A DNA stretch of 60,888 bases, the filler included, from Coriobacteriales bacterium (lineage in GTDB: Bacteria > Actinomycetota > Coriobacteriia > Coriobacteriales > UBA8131), in assembly GCA_031263105.1 (NCBI GenBank). It is 5 parts of 5 records of this genome, joined end to end, with 100 filler letters (N's around TTAATTAATTAA, not from the genome) between each part and the next. Parts side by side here need not be neighbours in the genome. Positions count along the whole stretch, not along the records: positions 25,437 to 44,715 come from JAISGJ010000154.1; 4 more parts are not named here. The stretch is one strand, 5' to 3'. This document shows positions 27,829 to 37,779 of this stretch, in pieces. The translations under genes and the position numbers were made by a program. Each line of letters opens with the position of its first letter. Position 1 is the first letter of the stretch. Below the pieces are notes generated by a model. The model saw only the letters and a program-made list of their open reading frames with translations. It had not been told where the DNA came from and did not search any database.

Positions 27829-28274
27829 TCACCTTCGATACACATCACTTCTTTTGGTTACTGTTCACACCCCACTGTCATTCCGAGTCCCGCCGAGGAA
27901 TCTTTGGACACGTAGTGTCCAACGGCAGGTCAGGGGGCCTCTCGACCTGCGGTCGACCGCTGGCGCGGTCGAAGATCCCTCGGCAGGCTCGGGATGACAG
28001 TGGGGTGTGAACAGTAACTTCTTTTGCCGACCTTTACAACCAGCACTTTGAAAATCCCATCCTGGATGTCTGCGATAAGGCGGTACTTTCCAATGCGGTA
28101 GCGCCACAGGTTCTCATATTCCCCCTCCAGTGCCTTGCCGAACAATCGGGGGTTCTCGCAGTTTTGAATATTTGACTCGATCCATCTGAGGATTCTTGCC
28201 TGGACGGGTCTGTCGAGCCTGCAGAATTGCTTCTCTGCTCTCGCATCGAAGCTCCAGCTGTAGTTCCTAGGCAT
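27829..28274 (-). pseudogene. relE: RelE/ParE-family toxin interrupted near its 3' end by a MITE
   Basis: LWRYRIGKYRLIADI motif; removing the element and one TSD restores ...VKVGKRSDVYRR* (91 aa, stop 27831-27829). Confidence 0.85.
27857..28018. mobile_element. 162-bp MITE with terminal inverted repeats and 8-bp target-site duplication
   Basis: TIR GTTACTGTTCACACCCCACTGTCAT is perfect over 25 bp; TTCTTTTG at 27849-27856 and 28019-28026. Confidence 0.92.
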
Positions 28275-28482
28275 ACTTCTTGAGCATCTCTTCTCTGGAG
28301 ATGCTCTTGTTATGCTCTTTGAGCACGGTCATTGCGTCATGGTAATCTTCTTCATCTTGGATCTTCTCAGCCAGTAGCTCCACGATAAAGGCGTTCAGTG
28401 AGACACCGCTGAATGCAGCCTCTTCTTTGACTCGGCCAAAGAGCTCCTCGCTCATTCGTATCGAGGTGTTTATCGTTGGCAT
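28267..28482 (-). CDS. Ribbon-helix-helix antitoxin
   Basis: 71 aa (TSIRMSEEL...SLNAFI...EKIQDEED) overlapping the relE start. Confidence 0.8.
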   Translation of the reverse strand: MPTINTSIRMSEELFGRVKEEAAFSGVSLNAFIVELLAEKIQDEEDYHDAMTVLKEHNKSISREEMLKKYA

Positions 28483-28552
28483 AGCGTCTGCTCCTCAGCG
28501 TCGGGTTCTGTTGCGGCCCTATTGTACCACAGGCGTAATGCAAGCAGCTCCC

Positions 28553-29935
28553 TCACTGCCCTTCGACAGTAGGGTCGGCAGGCGTCTCGCCGTCAGGCAT
28601 CTCGACAGGCGTCCCGATGGGAGGCTCGGGGAGAAGGCCGGCCTGTCTGAGGGTGCGGCTCGCCACGACGCATGCGCCGAGGAGCATGATCCCCGCACCG
28701 GTGCCCACGAGCAGCCAGTCGATCGAGACCACGTCGGCGAGAGGGCCGAAGACGACCATCCCCACCGGCATGGCGAGGCTCCCCGCCATCATCGAGACCG
28801 AGAACACGCGCCCCATGTAGTCGGGGTCGACGCGCGCCTGAAGGATCGCCATGGAAGGCGCGTTGAACACCGGTAGGGTGATCCCCACGAAGAGCATGCA
28901 GCCCAGATAGACCCAGAAGTTCCCGAGAAGGCCGAGGCCGATCGTGCCGGCACCGAAAAGCGTGGTGGCGAGCGCCATCGACCAGGTGCGGTTCTTGAAC
29001 CCGCCCCAGATGCCGATGAGCACGCCGCCTGCCATCATGCCCACGGCGAACGCCACCTCGATGGCTCCGAGCCGCCACGGGTCGGCACCGAAGTCGCGCA
29101 CCACCTGCAGGGGCGTGAGAAAGGAAGGCGGTGTCGCAAGGATGCTGAACACGATGCTCAGGAGCGTGAAAGCGAGGATGAAGGGGTTCCTCCACATATA
29201 GCGAAGGCCGGCCTTGAACTCCGAGAGGAAACCGGGGCGGTCTGGAGCCCCGGCTGCGGCGATCCCGGCCGCTGCCCCTGCGGCCCCGGCCCCGACGGCG
29301 GCCCCTCCGCCCCCGGCCGCCGCGCCCGCCGTCGCCGAGGCGCCCGGTATTCTCCGCATTCCCTTGTGGGTGTGGACGAAGAAGAACACGATGGCGATGC
29401 CGATGGCGGCCGTGACCACGTCGATGTACATGAGTATCTGAATGGGAAAGAACGTGAGCAGCGCCGCCGCGATCATGGGCGATGCGAACATCGAGAGCGA
29501 CTGGATGGAGGCGTTGAAGCCGTTCACGCGCACGAGCTGGTCGGGCGGCACGATGTCGGGGAGGATGGCCGTGACGGTGGGCATCTGGATGCCTTGGCCG
29601 AAGCCGCGTATGACGACGCAGACGAACAGAAGCCCCAGCCACTCGAAGCCTGCGGAGAAGAACAGCGCCATGACGAGGGTCACGAGCGCGATGGCGCCAT
29701 CGACGAGGTTGATGAGGTACTTGCGGTTGTAGCGGTCCGCCCATACGCCGCCGAGCGGGGAGGAGAGCGCCATGGGCACCATCATCGCCACCGTGAACAG
29801 CGTGAGGACCGTGCCGGACTGCGTCTGCAGGGTGACGTACCAGCTGATGGCATGACCGGTGATCATCGTGCCGAAAAGCGTGATCGCCTGACCGACGAGG
29901 AACAGCGCGACCGTGCGTTGCCAAGTATGCCTCAT
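28553..29935 (-). CDS. MFS transporter (MefA/DHA3-like efflux family)
   Basis: GQAITLFG, GGVWADRYNRK and YMGRVFS motifs; about 12 TM helices with an Ala/Gly-rich central loop. Confidence 0.85.
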   Translation of the reverse strand: MRHTWQRTVALFLVGQAITLFGTMITGHAISWYVTLQTQSGTVLTLFTVAMMVPMALSSPLGGVWADRYNRKYLINLVDGAIALVTLVMALFFSAGFEWLGLLFVCVVIRGFGQGIQMPTVTAILPDIVPPDQLVRVNGFNASIQSLSMFASPMIAAALLTFFPIQILMYIDVVTAAIGIAIVFFFVHTHKGMRRIPGASATAGAAAGGGGAAVGAGAAGAAAGIAAAGAPDRPGFLSEFKAGLRYMWRNPFILAFTLLSIVFSILATPPSFLTPLQVVRDFGADPWRLGAIEVAFAVGMMAGGVLIGIWGGFKNRTWSMALATTLFGAGTIGLGLLGNFWVYLGCMLFVGITLPVFNAPSMAILQARVDPDYMGRVFSVSMMAGSLAMPVGMVVFGPLADVVSIDWLLVGTGAGIMLLGACVVASRTLRQAGLLPEPPIGTPVEMPDGETPADPTVEGQ

Positions 29936-30032
29936 ACAAGCCTTTCCCGTCTGGCTGTGGAAGGTACGGAGTGTGCGGAGAGGACATTCTATCATAGCCG
30001 TTGCTCGATTCTACAGAGTTGCCGTTTATGCT

Positions 30033-30078
30033 CCGCTGCCCGCTGCCCGCTGCCCGCTGCCCGCTGCCCGCTGCCCGC
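30033..30078. repeat. 7-bp microsatellite (CCGCTGC)n, about six copies
   Basis: Directly visible. Confidence 0.85.
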
Positions 30079-30080
30079 AC

Positions 30081-30290
30081 GTCACACGTCACGCCCTCAC
30101 TGTCATTCCGAGCCCCGCCGAGGAATCTTCGACCGCTCCAGCGGTCGACCGCAGGTCGAAGGGCCCCCGACCTACCGTTGGTCGCTTTGCGACCAAAGAT
30201 TCCTCGACAGGCTCGCAATGACAGTGAGGGCGTGACGTGTAACTCGCGATCAAGGATTCCTCGGCAGGCTCGGAATGACAGTGTGGTGTG
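30081..30290. mobile_element. MITE/REP-like element (30081-30243) plus an additional right half
   Basis: TIR GTYACACGTCACGCCCTCACTGTCATT at both ends, followed by GATTCCTCGGCAGGCTCGGAATGACAGTG. Confidence 0.85.
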
Positions 30291-30351
30291 TCCTGCGGCA
30301 GTTTAGTACAATGGGGTGCATACAGGTGAAACGGATTAGAAAGGGCCCGTC

Positions 30352-31110
30352 ATGTCTGGACATTCCAAATGGGCGACCACGAAGTACCGCAAGGCGGCCC
30401 AGGACGCCAAGCGCAGCGCGCTGTTCTCCAAGCTCTCGCGCAACATCACGGTTGCTGCGAAGGAGGGCGGCGACCCCAATCCCGAGAACAACGCCTCCCT
30501 CGCGGCGGCCGTTGCCAAGGCGAAGAGCTACTCGCTCCCCAAGGACAGGATAGACACCGCCATAAAGAAGGCCTTCGGCTCCGGGAGCGACGGCGCTCGC
30601 TTCGAGAACGTCGTCTACGAGGGCTATGGCCCGGCAGGCGTGGCGGTCTACATCGAGGCGCTCACCGACAACCGCAACCGCACCGCTGCCGACGTGCGGA
30701 GCGCCTTCAGCCACAGCGGCGGCAACCTGGGCACGACGGGCAGCGTCGCCTTCCAGTTCGAACGGAAGGGCCAGATAACCGTCGAGAGGTCCCAGGCGTC
30801 CGACGAGGACGAGTTCATGATGCTCGTCGCCGAGGCCGGCGGCGACGACTACGAGGACGCAGGCGACGAGTGGGTCGTCCTCACGGCGCCCGCCGAGCTT
30901 GCCAACGTGAAGAAGGGGCTGGAGGACGCAGGCGTGGAGGTGAAGGGCTACGAGCTCGTCATGGAGCCGACGACGCCTGCCGAGGTGGGCGTGGGCGACG
31001 CGAAGAAGGTCATGCGCCTCATCGACCGCCTCGAGGAGCTCGAGGATTTGCAGAACGTCTACCACACGATGGGCCTGACCGACGAGATCGCCCAAGCCCT
31101 CGACGCGTGA
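30352..31110 (+). CDS. yebC: YebC/PmpR family protein
   Basis: MSGHSKWA, YEGYGPAGVA and TDNRNRT motifs. Confidence 0.96.
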   Translation: MSGHSKWATTKYRKAAQDAKRSALFSKLSRNITVAAKEGGDPNPENNASLAAAVAKAKSYSLPKDRIDTAIKKAFGSGSDGARFENVVYEGYGPAGVAVYIEALTDNRNRTAADVRSAFSHSGGNLGTTGSVAFQFERKGQITVERSQASDEDEFMMLVAEAGGDDYEDAGDEWVVLTAPAELANVKKGLEDAGVEVKGYELVMEPTTPAEVGVGDAKKVMRLIDRLEELEDLQNVYHTMGLTDEIAQALDA

Positions 31111-31116
31111 CGCGTC

Positions 31117-32397
31117 ATGCGCCTTCTCATCGCACAGGTCATAGAGGCCCAGCCGCCACAGCACGGCGTCCAGCACCTCGCCGTCGAATGCGCCGAGGGG
31201 GAGGATGCCGGGCATGAGAGGGAGGCGCACGCCGCCCCTGCCGAGGGCGGCCGTCCCGCCCGCGCCGCGTCCGTCCGCGCCGTGCGCTACGAGGCCGTGC
31301 GCTACGAGGCGCTCGCCCCTTTGTGCGAGGCCGGCGACAGGGTGCTCGTGAACACCACGGCACTCGACCTCGGGCTCGGCACCGGCGGCGTGTGCTTCGT
31401 GGTCGCGAACCTCACGGCGGCCGAGCGGAGCGGGCCGGTCGCCTTCGACGACGCTTCCGATTGCGGCGGCGACGACACCTGTGGCGACACCGACGGCGAC
31501 GCCCCCGCCTCCGCCAAGCGCACGTCCCTCTCGGGCCACATCATAAAGCTCCGGTACACCCCCTTCCAGCACGAGGTGCTCTCTGTGGAGGAGGACGCCT
31601 CGCCGCATCACGAGGCCATGAAGCATGCCTGCTCGCTTGCAGGCGCCCCCGTGGTCTGCTGCGAGCTGCACAGCCAGGTGCCCCTGGTGGCCGCAGCCGT
31701 CAAGCATGCGGACCCGGGCGCCCGCATCGTCTACTGCATGACCGACGAGGCCGCACTGCTCGCGGCCTTCTCAAGGATACTGGTGCGGATGCGGGAGACC
31801 GGGCTCCTTGACGCGTGCATCACCTGCGGCCAGGCCTTCGGCGGCGACCTGGAGGCGGTGAACGTCTACTCGGGCCTTCTGGCGGCGGTTGCGGTCGGCA
31901 AGGCCGACGTGGTGCTCTGCTCCCAGGGCCCCGGCATCGTCGGGACCGCGACGCGCTTCGGGCACGGCGGCCTCGCCCAGGCCCAGGCCCTCAATGCGGT
32001 CGCCGTCCTCGATGGCGTGCCCATAGCCCCGCTGCGCCTTTCCTTCGCCGACGCGCGGAGCCGCCAGCGCGGTGTGAGCCACCACACCCTCACCGCCCTG
32101 GGGACGGCCTGCCTCGCCCGTGCGCTCGTTCCCTTGCCCGACGACCTGCTGCGCGAGCAGGCGACGACGGCCGCCCGCCAGCTCGAGGAGGCGGGGATAC
32201 TCGACCGCCACAGGCTCGTGGACGTTCCCCTGCCGTCGGAGGCCATCGACCTGCGGGGCCTGAAGGTCACGACCATGGGGCGCGCACAGGCCGACGACCC
32301 CGCGTTCTTCTCGGCTGCCTTCGCCGCAGGCATGCTCGCCGCACGTCTCGCAGGCGGCCCCGCAGACGGCCCTGCGGGCGAGAAGGCACGGGCGTGA
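31117..32397 (+). CDS. DUF3866 family protein
   Basis: NTTALDLGLGTGG, GHIIKLRYTP, ELHSQ, GQAFGGDLEAVN and TTMGR motifs. Confidence 0.8.
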   Translation: MRLLIAQVIEAQPPQHGVQHLAVECAEGEDAGHEREAHAAPAEGGRPARAASVRAVRYEAVRYEALAPLCEAGDRVLVNTTALDLGLGTGGVCFVVANLTAAERSGPVAFDDASDCGGDDTCGDTDGDAPASAKRTSLSGHIIKLRYTPFQHEVLSVEEDASPHHEAMKHACSLAGAPVVCCELHSQVPLVAAAVKHADPGARIVYCMTDEAALLAAFSRILVRMRETGLLDACITCGQAFGGDLEAVNVYSGLLAAVAVGKADVVLCSQGPGIVGTATRFGHGGLAQAQALNAVAVLDGVPIAPLRLSFADARSRQRGVSHHTLTALGTACLARALVPLPDDLLREQATTAARQLEEAGILDRHRLVDVPLPSEAIDLRGLKVTTMGRAQADDPAFFSAAFAAGMLAARLAGGPADGPAGEKARA

Positions 32398-32403
32398 GCG
32401 GCA

Positions 32404-33390
32404 GTGGGCGGCGGCACAAAAGGCGCCCGGCCTGCCCGGCCCGCCCGTCCTGCGGGCAGTGGCACGGCGACCGCCCCTGCCCTCCGGGCGCTTGACGAGT
32501 TCCTGTCCTACCTCGTCGTCGAACGGGGCGTCTCCCCGCTGACGGTCGCGGCCTACGGGCACGACCTCGGGCGCTACCTCCGCCGCTTCGCCGAACAGGG
32601 GACGGATGAGGTCGGGCGCATCGGGCGCGAGGGGATAACCGCGTACCTCATGGAGGTACAGGCGCAGGACCCCGCGCCCGCGCCCGCCTCGCTCAAGCGC
32701 CTGGTCTCGTCCCTCAAGAGCTTCCATCGCTTCTGCGTGCGCGAGGGCATCGCCCCCGGCGACCCCACGGCCACGCTGCGCCTTCCCCGGGTGCCCGCCG
32801 CCCTCCCGGACGTGCTCGGCATCGAGCAGGTCACAGCCCTGCTCGACCAGGGCTTCCCTCCCACGCCCGTCGGCACACGGGACAAGGCGGTGCTGGAGGT
32901 CCTGTACGGCTGCGGGCTTAGGGCCAGCGAGCTCGTCGGCCTCGACCGGACGGCGGTGCTGCTCGACGAGGGCTGCCTGCGGGTCGTCGGCAAGGGGAAC
33001 CGTGAGCGCATCGCGCCTTTGGACGGCACCGCGCGCACGGCCCTTGAGGCCTATCTCGGGACCGCGCGCGCCCTGCTGCACCCCCGTCGCACCGCTGCGC
33101 CGGTCGACGGCATCGCCGTCTTCCTCAGCACGAGGGGGCGCCGCATCACGCGGCAGGCGGTGTTCGGCATCGTCAGGCAGTATGGCGCCTTGGTCGGCAT
33201 CGACGGCCTGCACCCGCACACGCTGCGCCACAGCTTCGCCACCCATCTCCTCGAAGGCGGGGCCGACCTCCGGGCGATACAGGAGATGCTCGGTCACGTC
33301 GATATCGCCACCACGCAGATATACACCCATGTCGACCGCACCCATCTCAAGGCGGAGTACCTCTCCACCCATCCCCGCGCCCGTCTGTGA
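32404..33390 (+). CDS. xerD: Site-specific tyrosine recombinase XerD
   Basis: LYGCGLRASEL, GKGNRER, HPHTLRHSFATHLL, MLGH and TTQIYTHV motifs; start uncertain. Confidence 0.88.
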   Translation: MGGGTKGARPARPARPAGSGTATAPALRALDEFLSYLVVERGVSPLTVAAYGHDLGRYLRRFAEQGTDEVGRIGREGITAYLMEVQAQDPAPAPASLKRLVSSLKSFHRFCVREGIAPGDPTATLRLPRVPAALPDVLGIEQVTALLDQGFPPTPVGTRDKAVLEVLYGCGLRASELVGLDRTAVLLDEGCLRVVGKGNRERIAPLDGTARTALEAYLGTARALLHPRRTAAPVDGIAVFLSTRGRRITRQAVFGIVRQYGALVGIDGLHPHTLRHSFATHLLEGGADLRAIQEMLGHVDIATTQIYTHVDRTHLKAEYLSTHPRARL

Positions 33391-33619
33391 CCGTGAGGGC
33401 GTGACGCGCGTCACGTCCTCATCCCCGTCCTCATCCCCGTCTCTACCCCATGTAGCCGTCGAGCGACGAGTACACACTATATATAGTGGTATGTCTGAGC
33501 CATCAGTTGGCATCTTCTGTGTCTGCGCCCCCCGTGCATTCAACGGATGCAAATTTATGCCACCAAAAATTATGCCGCTTACCAGTAAAAATCAAAAGTA
33601 TTTTACAAATTTCGTTGCT

Positions 33620-33643
33620 AAGTGTTGAAAAGTGGGATACTAT
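33620..33643 (+). promoter_or_regulatory. Candidate MraZ-binding repeats and -10 of the dcw promoter
   Basis: AAGTGT and AAGTGG 10 bp apart, then TACTAT, in AT-rich DNA upstream of mraZ. Confidence 0.45.
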
Positions 33644-33694
33644 ACCAGTGACACAAGAGAATCAGGAAGCGACACACACAGAAGGGAGGTCGGC

Positions 33695-34132
33695 ATGAGC
33701 CGGTTCGGTGGCAACACCTCCCATCCCATGGATGGGAAAGGACGCGTCTCGCTGCCCTCCAAATACCGCAGGGAGCTTCCTGACGATCTCGTGGTCGTGC
33801 GCTCGCCCGACCGGCAGTTCCCCTCGTTGTGGGTCTACTCGGACGAGGCCTTCTCGGAGTGGGTCGACGAGCTCTTCGAGAGCAGGGGCGGCTTCAAGGC
33901 GAACAGCGCATCGGACAACGCCCTCAAGCGGAGGCTGTACGGGAGCAGGGAGGCCGTCACCGTCGACCAGGCGGGCAGGATACTCGTCCCCTTGGCCCTC
34001 AGGCAGTACGCGTCCCTGGGGAAGTCGGTGGTGATGGTCGGCGTGGACAACCATATCGAGATATGGGATGCCGACGTCCTGGCGCGAAGCGACGAGGCTT
34101 ACGACGGCGTCGAAGTGTTCGACCTTCCGTGA
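33695..34132 (+). CDS. mraZ: Transcriptional regulator MraZ
   Basis: DGKGRVSLP and DQAGRILVP repeats, HIEIWD; GGAGG RBS. Confidence 0.93.
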   Translation: MSRFGGNTSHPMDGKGRVSLPSKYRRELPDDLVVVRSPDRQFPSLWVYSDEAFSEWVDELFESRGGFKANSASDNALKRRLYGSREAVTVDQAGRILVPLALRQYASLGKSVVMVGVDNHIEIWDADVLARSDEAYDGVEVFDLP

Positions 34133-34149
34133 CCTGCGAGGGCGACGTC

Positions 34150-35109
34150 TTGACAGCAGAATATCGGCATACCCCCGTCATGCTTCCTGAGTGCAGGGAG
34201 GCCTTGGCGCTCAAGGCAGGCGGGTCCTACTGCGACTGCACCCTCGGAGGGGCAGGCCATGCGCTCGGACTGGCACGGGACATCGTGCCGGGCGGGACGC
34301 TCATCGGCATCGACCAGGACCCGGCGGCCCTTGCGGCGGCGGGCGAGCGCATCGGCAAGGCGCATCTCGACCTGCGGTTCGTTCCCCTCCATGGCAATTT
34401 CTCCTCCCTCGACGACCTGCTCGTCGAGGCGCAGGTCCCCGGCATCGACGGGTTCCTTTTCGATCTGGGCGTATCGTCGCCACAGCTCGACCATCCCCAG
34501 CGGGGCTTCTCGTATGCTCGCGAGGCCCCCCTTGACATGCGGATGGATCCAGGCAACCGAACCACAACCGCAGCAGAGGTCATACACACCTTCAACGAAG
34601 CAGACCTCACCTGGATCCTCCGGGAGTACGGCGAGGAGCGTTGGGCCCCTCGCATCGCGCGCTTTATCGTAGAGGCGCGTGCGCAGCGTCCGCTGAGGAC
34701 CACGACGGAGCTTGTGGACCTTGTGAAGGCGGCCATACCCGCACGGGCCCGCAGGACAGGGGGCAACCCCGCCAAACGGGTCTTCCAGGCGCTGCGCATA
34801 GCGGTCAATGGGGAGATGGACGCGCTCAGGTGCGGCCTGGAGGCCGCCTTGCGCTGGCTCAACCCCCACGGCCGTATCGCGGTGCTCAGCTATCACTCGT
34901 TGGAGGACCGCATCGTCAAGGAATGCTTCGCCCAGGCGGCGAAGGGGTGTATCTGTCCGCCGGAGGCACCGGTCTGCACCTGCGGTCATGAGCCGATACT
35001 CGCACACGTGACAAGAAGGCCCCTTCGCGCAAGCGAGGAGGAGACAAAGGAGAACCCGCGCAGCAGGAGCGCGAAGCTGCGCGTGGCGGTCAAGGTGGGG
35101 ACAAGGTAG
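34150..35109 (+). CDS. rsmH: 16S rRNA m4C1402 methyltransferase
   Basis: HTPVM, DCTLGGAGH, DLGVSSPQLD, YHSLEDR and NPRSRSAKLR motifs. Confidence 0.96.
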   Translation: MTAEYRHTPVMLPECREALALKAGGSYCDCTLGGAGHALGLARDIVPGGTLIGIDQDPAALAAAGERIGKAHLDLRFVPLHGNFSSLDDLLVEAQVPGIDGFLFDLGVSSPQLDHPQRGFSYAREAPLDMRMDPGNRTTTAAEVIHTFNEADLTWILREYGEERWAPRIARFIVEARAQRPLRTTTELVDLVKAAIPARARRTGGNPAKRVFQALRIAVNGEMDALRCGLEAALRWLNPHGRIAVLSYHSLEDRIVKECFAQAAKGCICPPEAPVCTCGHEPILAHVTRRPLRASEEETKENPRSRSAKLRVAVKVGTR

Positions 35110-35217
35110 GACGACGACGGGCTGCGGCCCGTTGCCGACAGAAAGGCGGCGAGGAAGGGCCTCGCCACGAAACGGACCAAGGCGGTGGCAAGACCCGCCG
35201 GAAACGAAGTAGCAGCC

Positions 35218-35625
35218 ATGGCACCAGCACTCGCATACCAACAGCCGGCACGGCGCAGGCACGAGCAGGAACAGCCGCTCAGGCAGCCTCTGCGCGTGCT
35301 TCCGGGCAAGGCCCCGAAGACCGGGACGCAGCAGGGGCTCGCGCCGCTGTGGCGCACCCTGTTCGTCGTCGGCATCGTCGCGGCGCTTCTGGTGGGCGCG
35401 GTCTGGGTCGTGCGCGTCGGCCTTGTGAACGCCACCATGGAGCTCCTTGCCGATTCGGCCCAGACGGCCCGTTTGACGCAGGATGCGCGCGCGGAAGGCG
35501 CGCGCCTCGAGGTGCGCTACTCCATTGCCACGAACCCCACGACCATCCAAGAGGCTGCGGCGGCAAGCCTGGGCATGTCCTCTGACCCCCAGGTGGACTA
35601 TCTCCGTATACCTGCAGGCGAGTAG
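35218..35625 (+). CDS. ftsL: FtsL-like cell division protein
   Basis: Located between rsmH and ftsI; single TM helix, coiled coil, AAASLGM. Confidence 0.65.
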   Translation: MAPALAYQQPARRRHEQEQPLRQPLRVLPGKAPKTGTQQGLAPLWRTLFVVGIVAALLVGAVWVVRVGLVNATMELLADSAQTARLTQDARAEGARLEVRYSIATNPTTIQEAAAASLGMSSDPQVDYLRIPAGE

Positions 35626-35631
35626 GTCGCC

Positions 35632-37647
35632 GTGAGCGCACGGGATCCTAGGACGCGGCCCCCCCGACCACCCCGGTCACCCGCCCCGGCAGCGGGGAAG
35701 TCTTCGGGCGGCGGCAGGGCGGGCGGCGGCCCCCGCAACAGCGGCGGGGCAGGTGGCGGCGGCCCCCGCAACAGGGGCGCCAAGGCCTCGGCATCCTCCC
35801 AGAAGGCGGCCCTGACGTCGGGCGGCAGGGTCGTCGGCTCCAACCGCGACTGGCGGCTGTTCGTTTTCTTCTGCTTCGCGTCCGTCATCCTCATCGGCCA
35901 GCTCGTGTACCTGCAGGTGTTCGCGGCACCCGACCTGCGCGCGGAGGCGCATGCCCAACGGACGAGCGAGGTGGCCGTCCCTGCCAGGCGCGGCGCCATC
36001 TACGACCGCGACGGAAACGTGCTCGCCATGAGCGTCGATGCGGTCACCATCTATGCGAACCCCCGGCAGGTCGCCGACCCCTTTGCGACGGCGGCCGTCC
36101 TTGCAGACGTGCTCGGAGGGAGCCCTGACGACTACTATGGGAGGCTCACCGAGGACACGACCTTCGTCTATATTCTCCAGAAGGCGGACATGGAACTGGC
36201 CGAGCAGCTGAAGGAGCGCGACCGCAGCCTGCGCAAGGAGCTGGAGGAGAAGGCCGAGGCCGCCGCCGCTGCTGGCACCGCTGGCGCCGGTACCGCCGCC
36301 GAGGCTCCTGTCTCCGCCCTGCACGGCATCGACTACCTCACCGACACGAAGCGGGTCTATCCCTACGGCTCCATCGGTGCGCAGGTCATCGGCATGGTGG
36401 ACGTCGACAACAAAGGGATATTCGGGCTGGAGCAGATGTACGACAGCGTCCTTCGCGGCACCGACGGCAAGCTCTCCACCGAGTACTCGCTTGCCATGGA
36501 GCAGCGGCCCCTCAGCGGCCAGCCCATACCCGGCTCCGAGCGCGAGGAGGTCGCGCCCGTCCACGGGCAGGACATCGTCCTGTCCCTCGACATCGAGCTG
36601 CAGCAGTACCTTGAGGCCGAGCTTGTCCGTATGGGGACCGAGCGCGCGACCGAGGAAGGCAACGCGCTGGTGCTCGACGGGGCGACCGGCGAGATCTACG
36701 CAAGCGCCTCGTTGCCGCTCCTTGACCGCGACAACATCACGGCCGAGGCGATAGAGAAGGGCGCGACGACCCTCAAGTCGGTCTGCCTGTCCTATGAGCC
36801 CGGCTCGATCTTCAAGTCGCTGACGGCCGCCGCCGCCCTGGAGGCCCACGTCATGGACGTCGAGGAGGAGATAGCCGTCCCTGCCACGCGGGTCTATGAG
36901 GAGTACACGGTCAGCGACTCCCACGAGCGCTTCGACACGGTCATGAGCTTCCGCACCATACTTGCCCAGTCGAGCAACGTCGGCATAAGCCTCGTGAAGG
37001 ACCGGCTGGACGACGAGTCCTATTACGGGTACCTGAGGCGCTTCGGGGTCAAGGAGGCGACCCATGTGGACTTCCCGGGTGAGGCGCTGGGGAGCCTGGA
37101 CCCTTGGGAGAGCTGGTCGGCCGTGCAGGCGGCCAACATCTCCTTCGGGCAGGGCGTCTCGCTCACCTCGCTGCAGGCGGCGGACTTCTATGGCGCCGTC
37201 GTAAACGACGGCTTGAAGTATCGGCCGCACTTCCTCATCGACCGGCCCCAGGCCCCCCTTGGGGCGAAGGATGCGATCAAGGGCGAGCAGGTCATGCGCA
37301 CCGACACCGCGCAGGCCTTGCGGTCCATGCTCGCCTCGGCGGTGTCCGAGGGCACCGGCCATGCAGCTGCGATCGAGGGCTACGAGGTGGCGGGAAAGAC
37401 CGGGACCGCACAGAAGGCGTCGCCGGACGGGGGCTATCTGCCCGACGAGTACATCGTGTCGTTCGTGGGCTTCCTCGTCGGCTCTCAGAGCAAGCTCGTC
37501 TGCATCACCTCGATGGACAACCCGATCGGGGCGGAGGGCAACGCGCCGACCGGCCCCTTGTTCGCCTCCATCATGCAGTTCGCCGCGAACCGGTATATGA
37601 TAGAGCCCGGGACGGTCGGGCAGCCGCAGCAGCCGCAGCAGCCATAG
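35632..37647 (+). CDS. ftsI: Class B penicillin-binding protein FtsI
   Basis: RGAIYDRDG, YEPGSIFK, SSN and KTGTAQK motifs. Confidence 0.92.
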   Translation: MSARDPRTRPPRPPRSPAPAAGKSSGGGRAGGGPRNSGGAGGGGPRNRGAKASASSQKAALTSGGRVVGSNRDWRLFVFFCFASVILIGQLVYLQVFAAPDLRAEAHAQRTSEVAVPARRGAIYDRDGNVLAMSVDAVTIYANPRQVADPFATAAVLADVLGGSPDDYYGRLTEDTTFVYILQKADMELAEQLKERDRSLRKELEEKAEAAAAAGTAGAGTAAEAPVSALHGIDYLTDTKRVYPYGSIGAQVIGMVDVDNKGIFGLEQMYDSVLRGTDGKLSTEYSLAMEQRPLSGQPIPGSEREEVAPVHGQDIVLSLDIELQQYLEAELVRMGTERATEEGNALVLDGATGEIYASASLPLLDRDNITAEAIEKGATTLKSVCLSYEPGSIFKSLTAAAALEAHVMDVEEEIAVPATRVYEEYTVSDSHERFDTVMSFRTILAQSSNVGISLVKDRLDDESYYGYLRRFGVKEATHVDFPGEALGSLDPWESWSAVQAANISFGQGVSLTSLQAADFYGAVVNDGLKYRPHFLIDRPQAPLGAKDAIKGEQVMRTDTAQALRSMLASAVSEGTGHAAAIEGYEVAGKTGTAQKASPDGGYLPDEYIVSFVGFLVGSQSKLVCITSMDNPIGAEGNAPTGPLFASIMQFAANRYMIEPGTVGQPQQPQQP

Positions 37648-37779
37648 CAGCCGCAGCAGTTGCAGCGGCCGCAGAGGACAGGGGAGACGTTGGAAGAAGG
37701 GAAGGAGCGGGGACGGGGCAGATCGGTCGGAAGGCGACATGCAATGACCAGTCATCGTCTCCCAAAGGAAACGGAGCGC

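Noticed and set aside
32404..33390. Prophage or island integrase
   Set aside because: XerD-type motifs in housekeeping context, with no att sites or phage genes visible.
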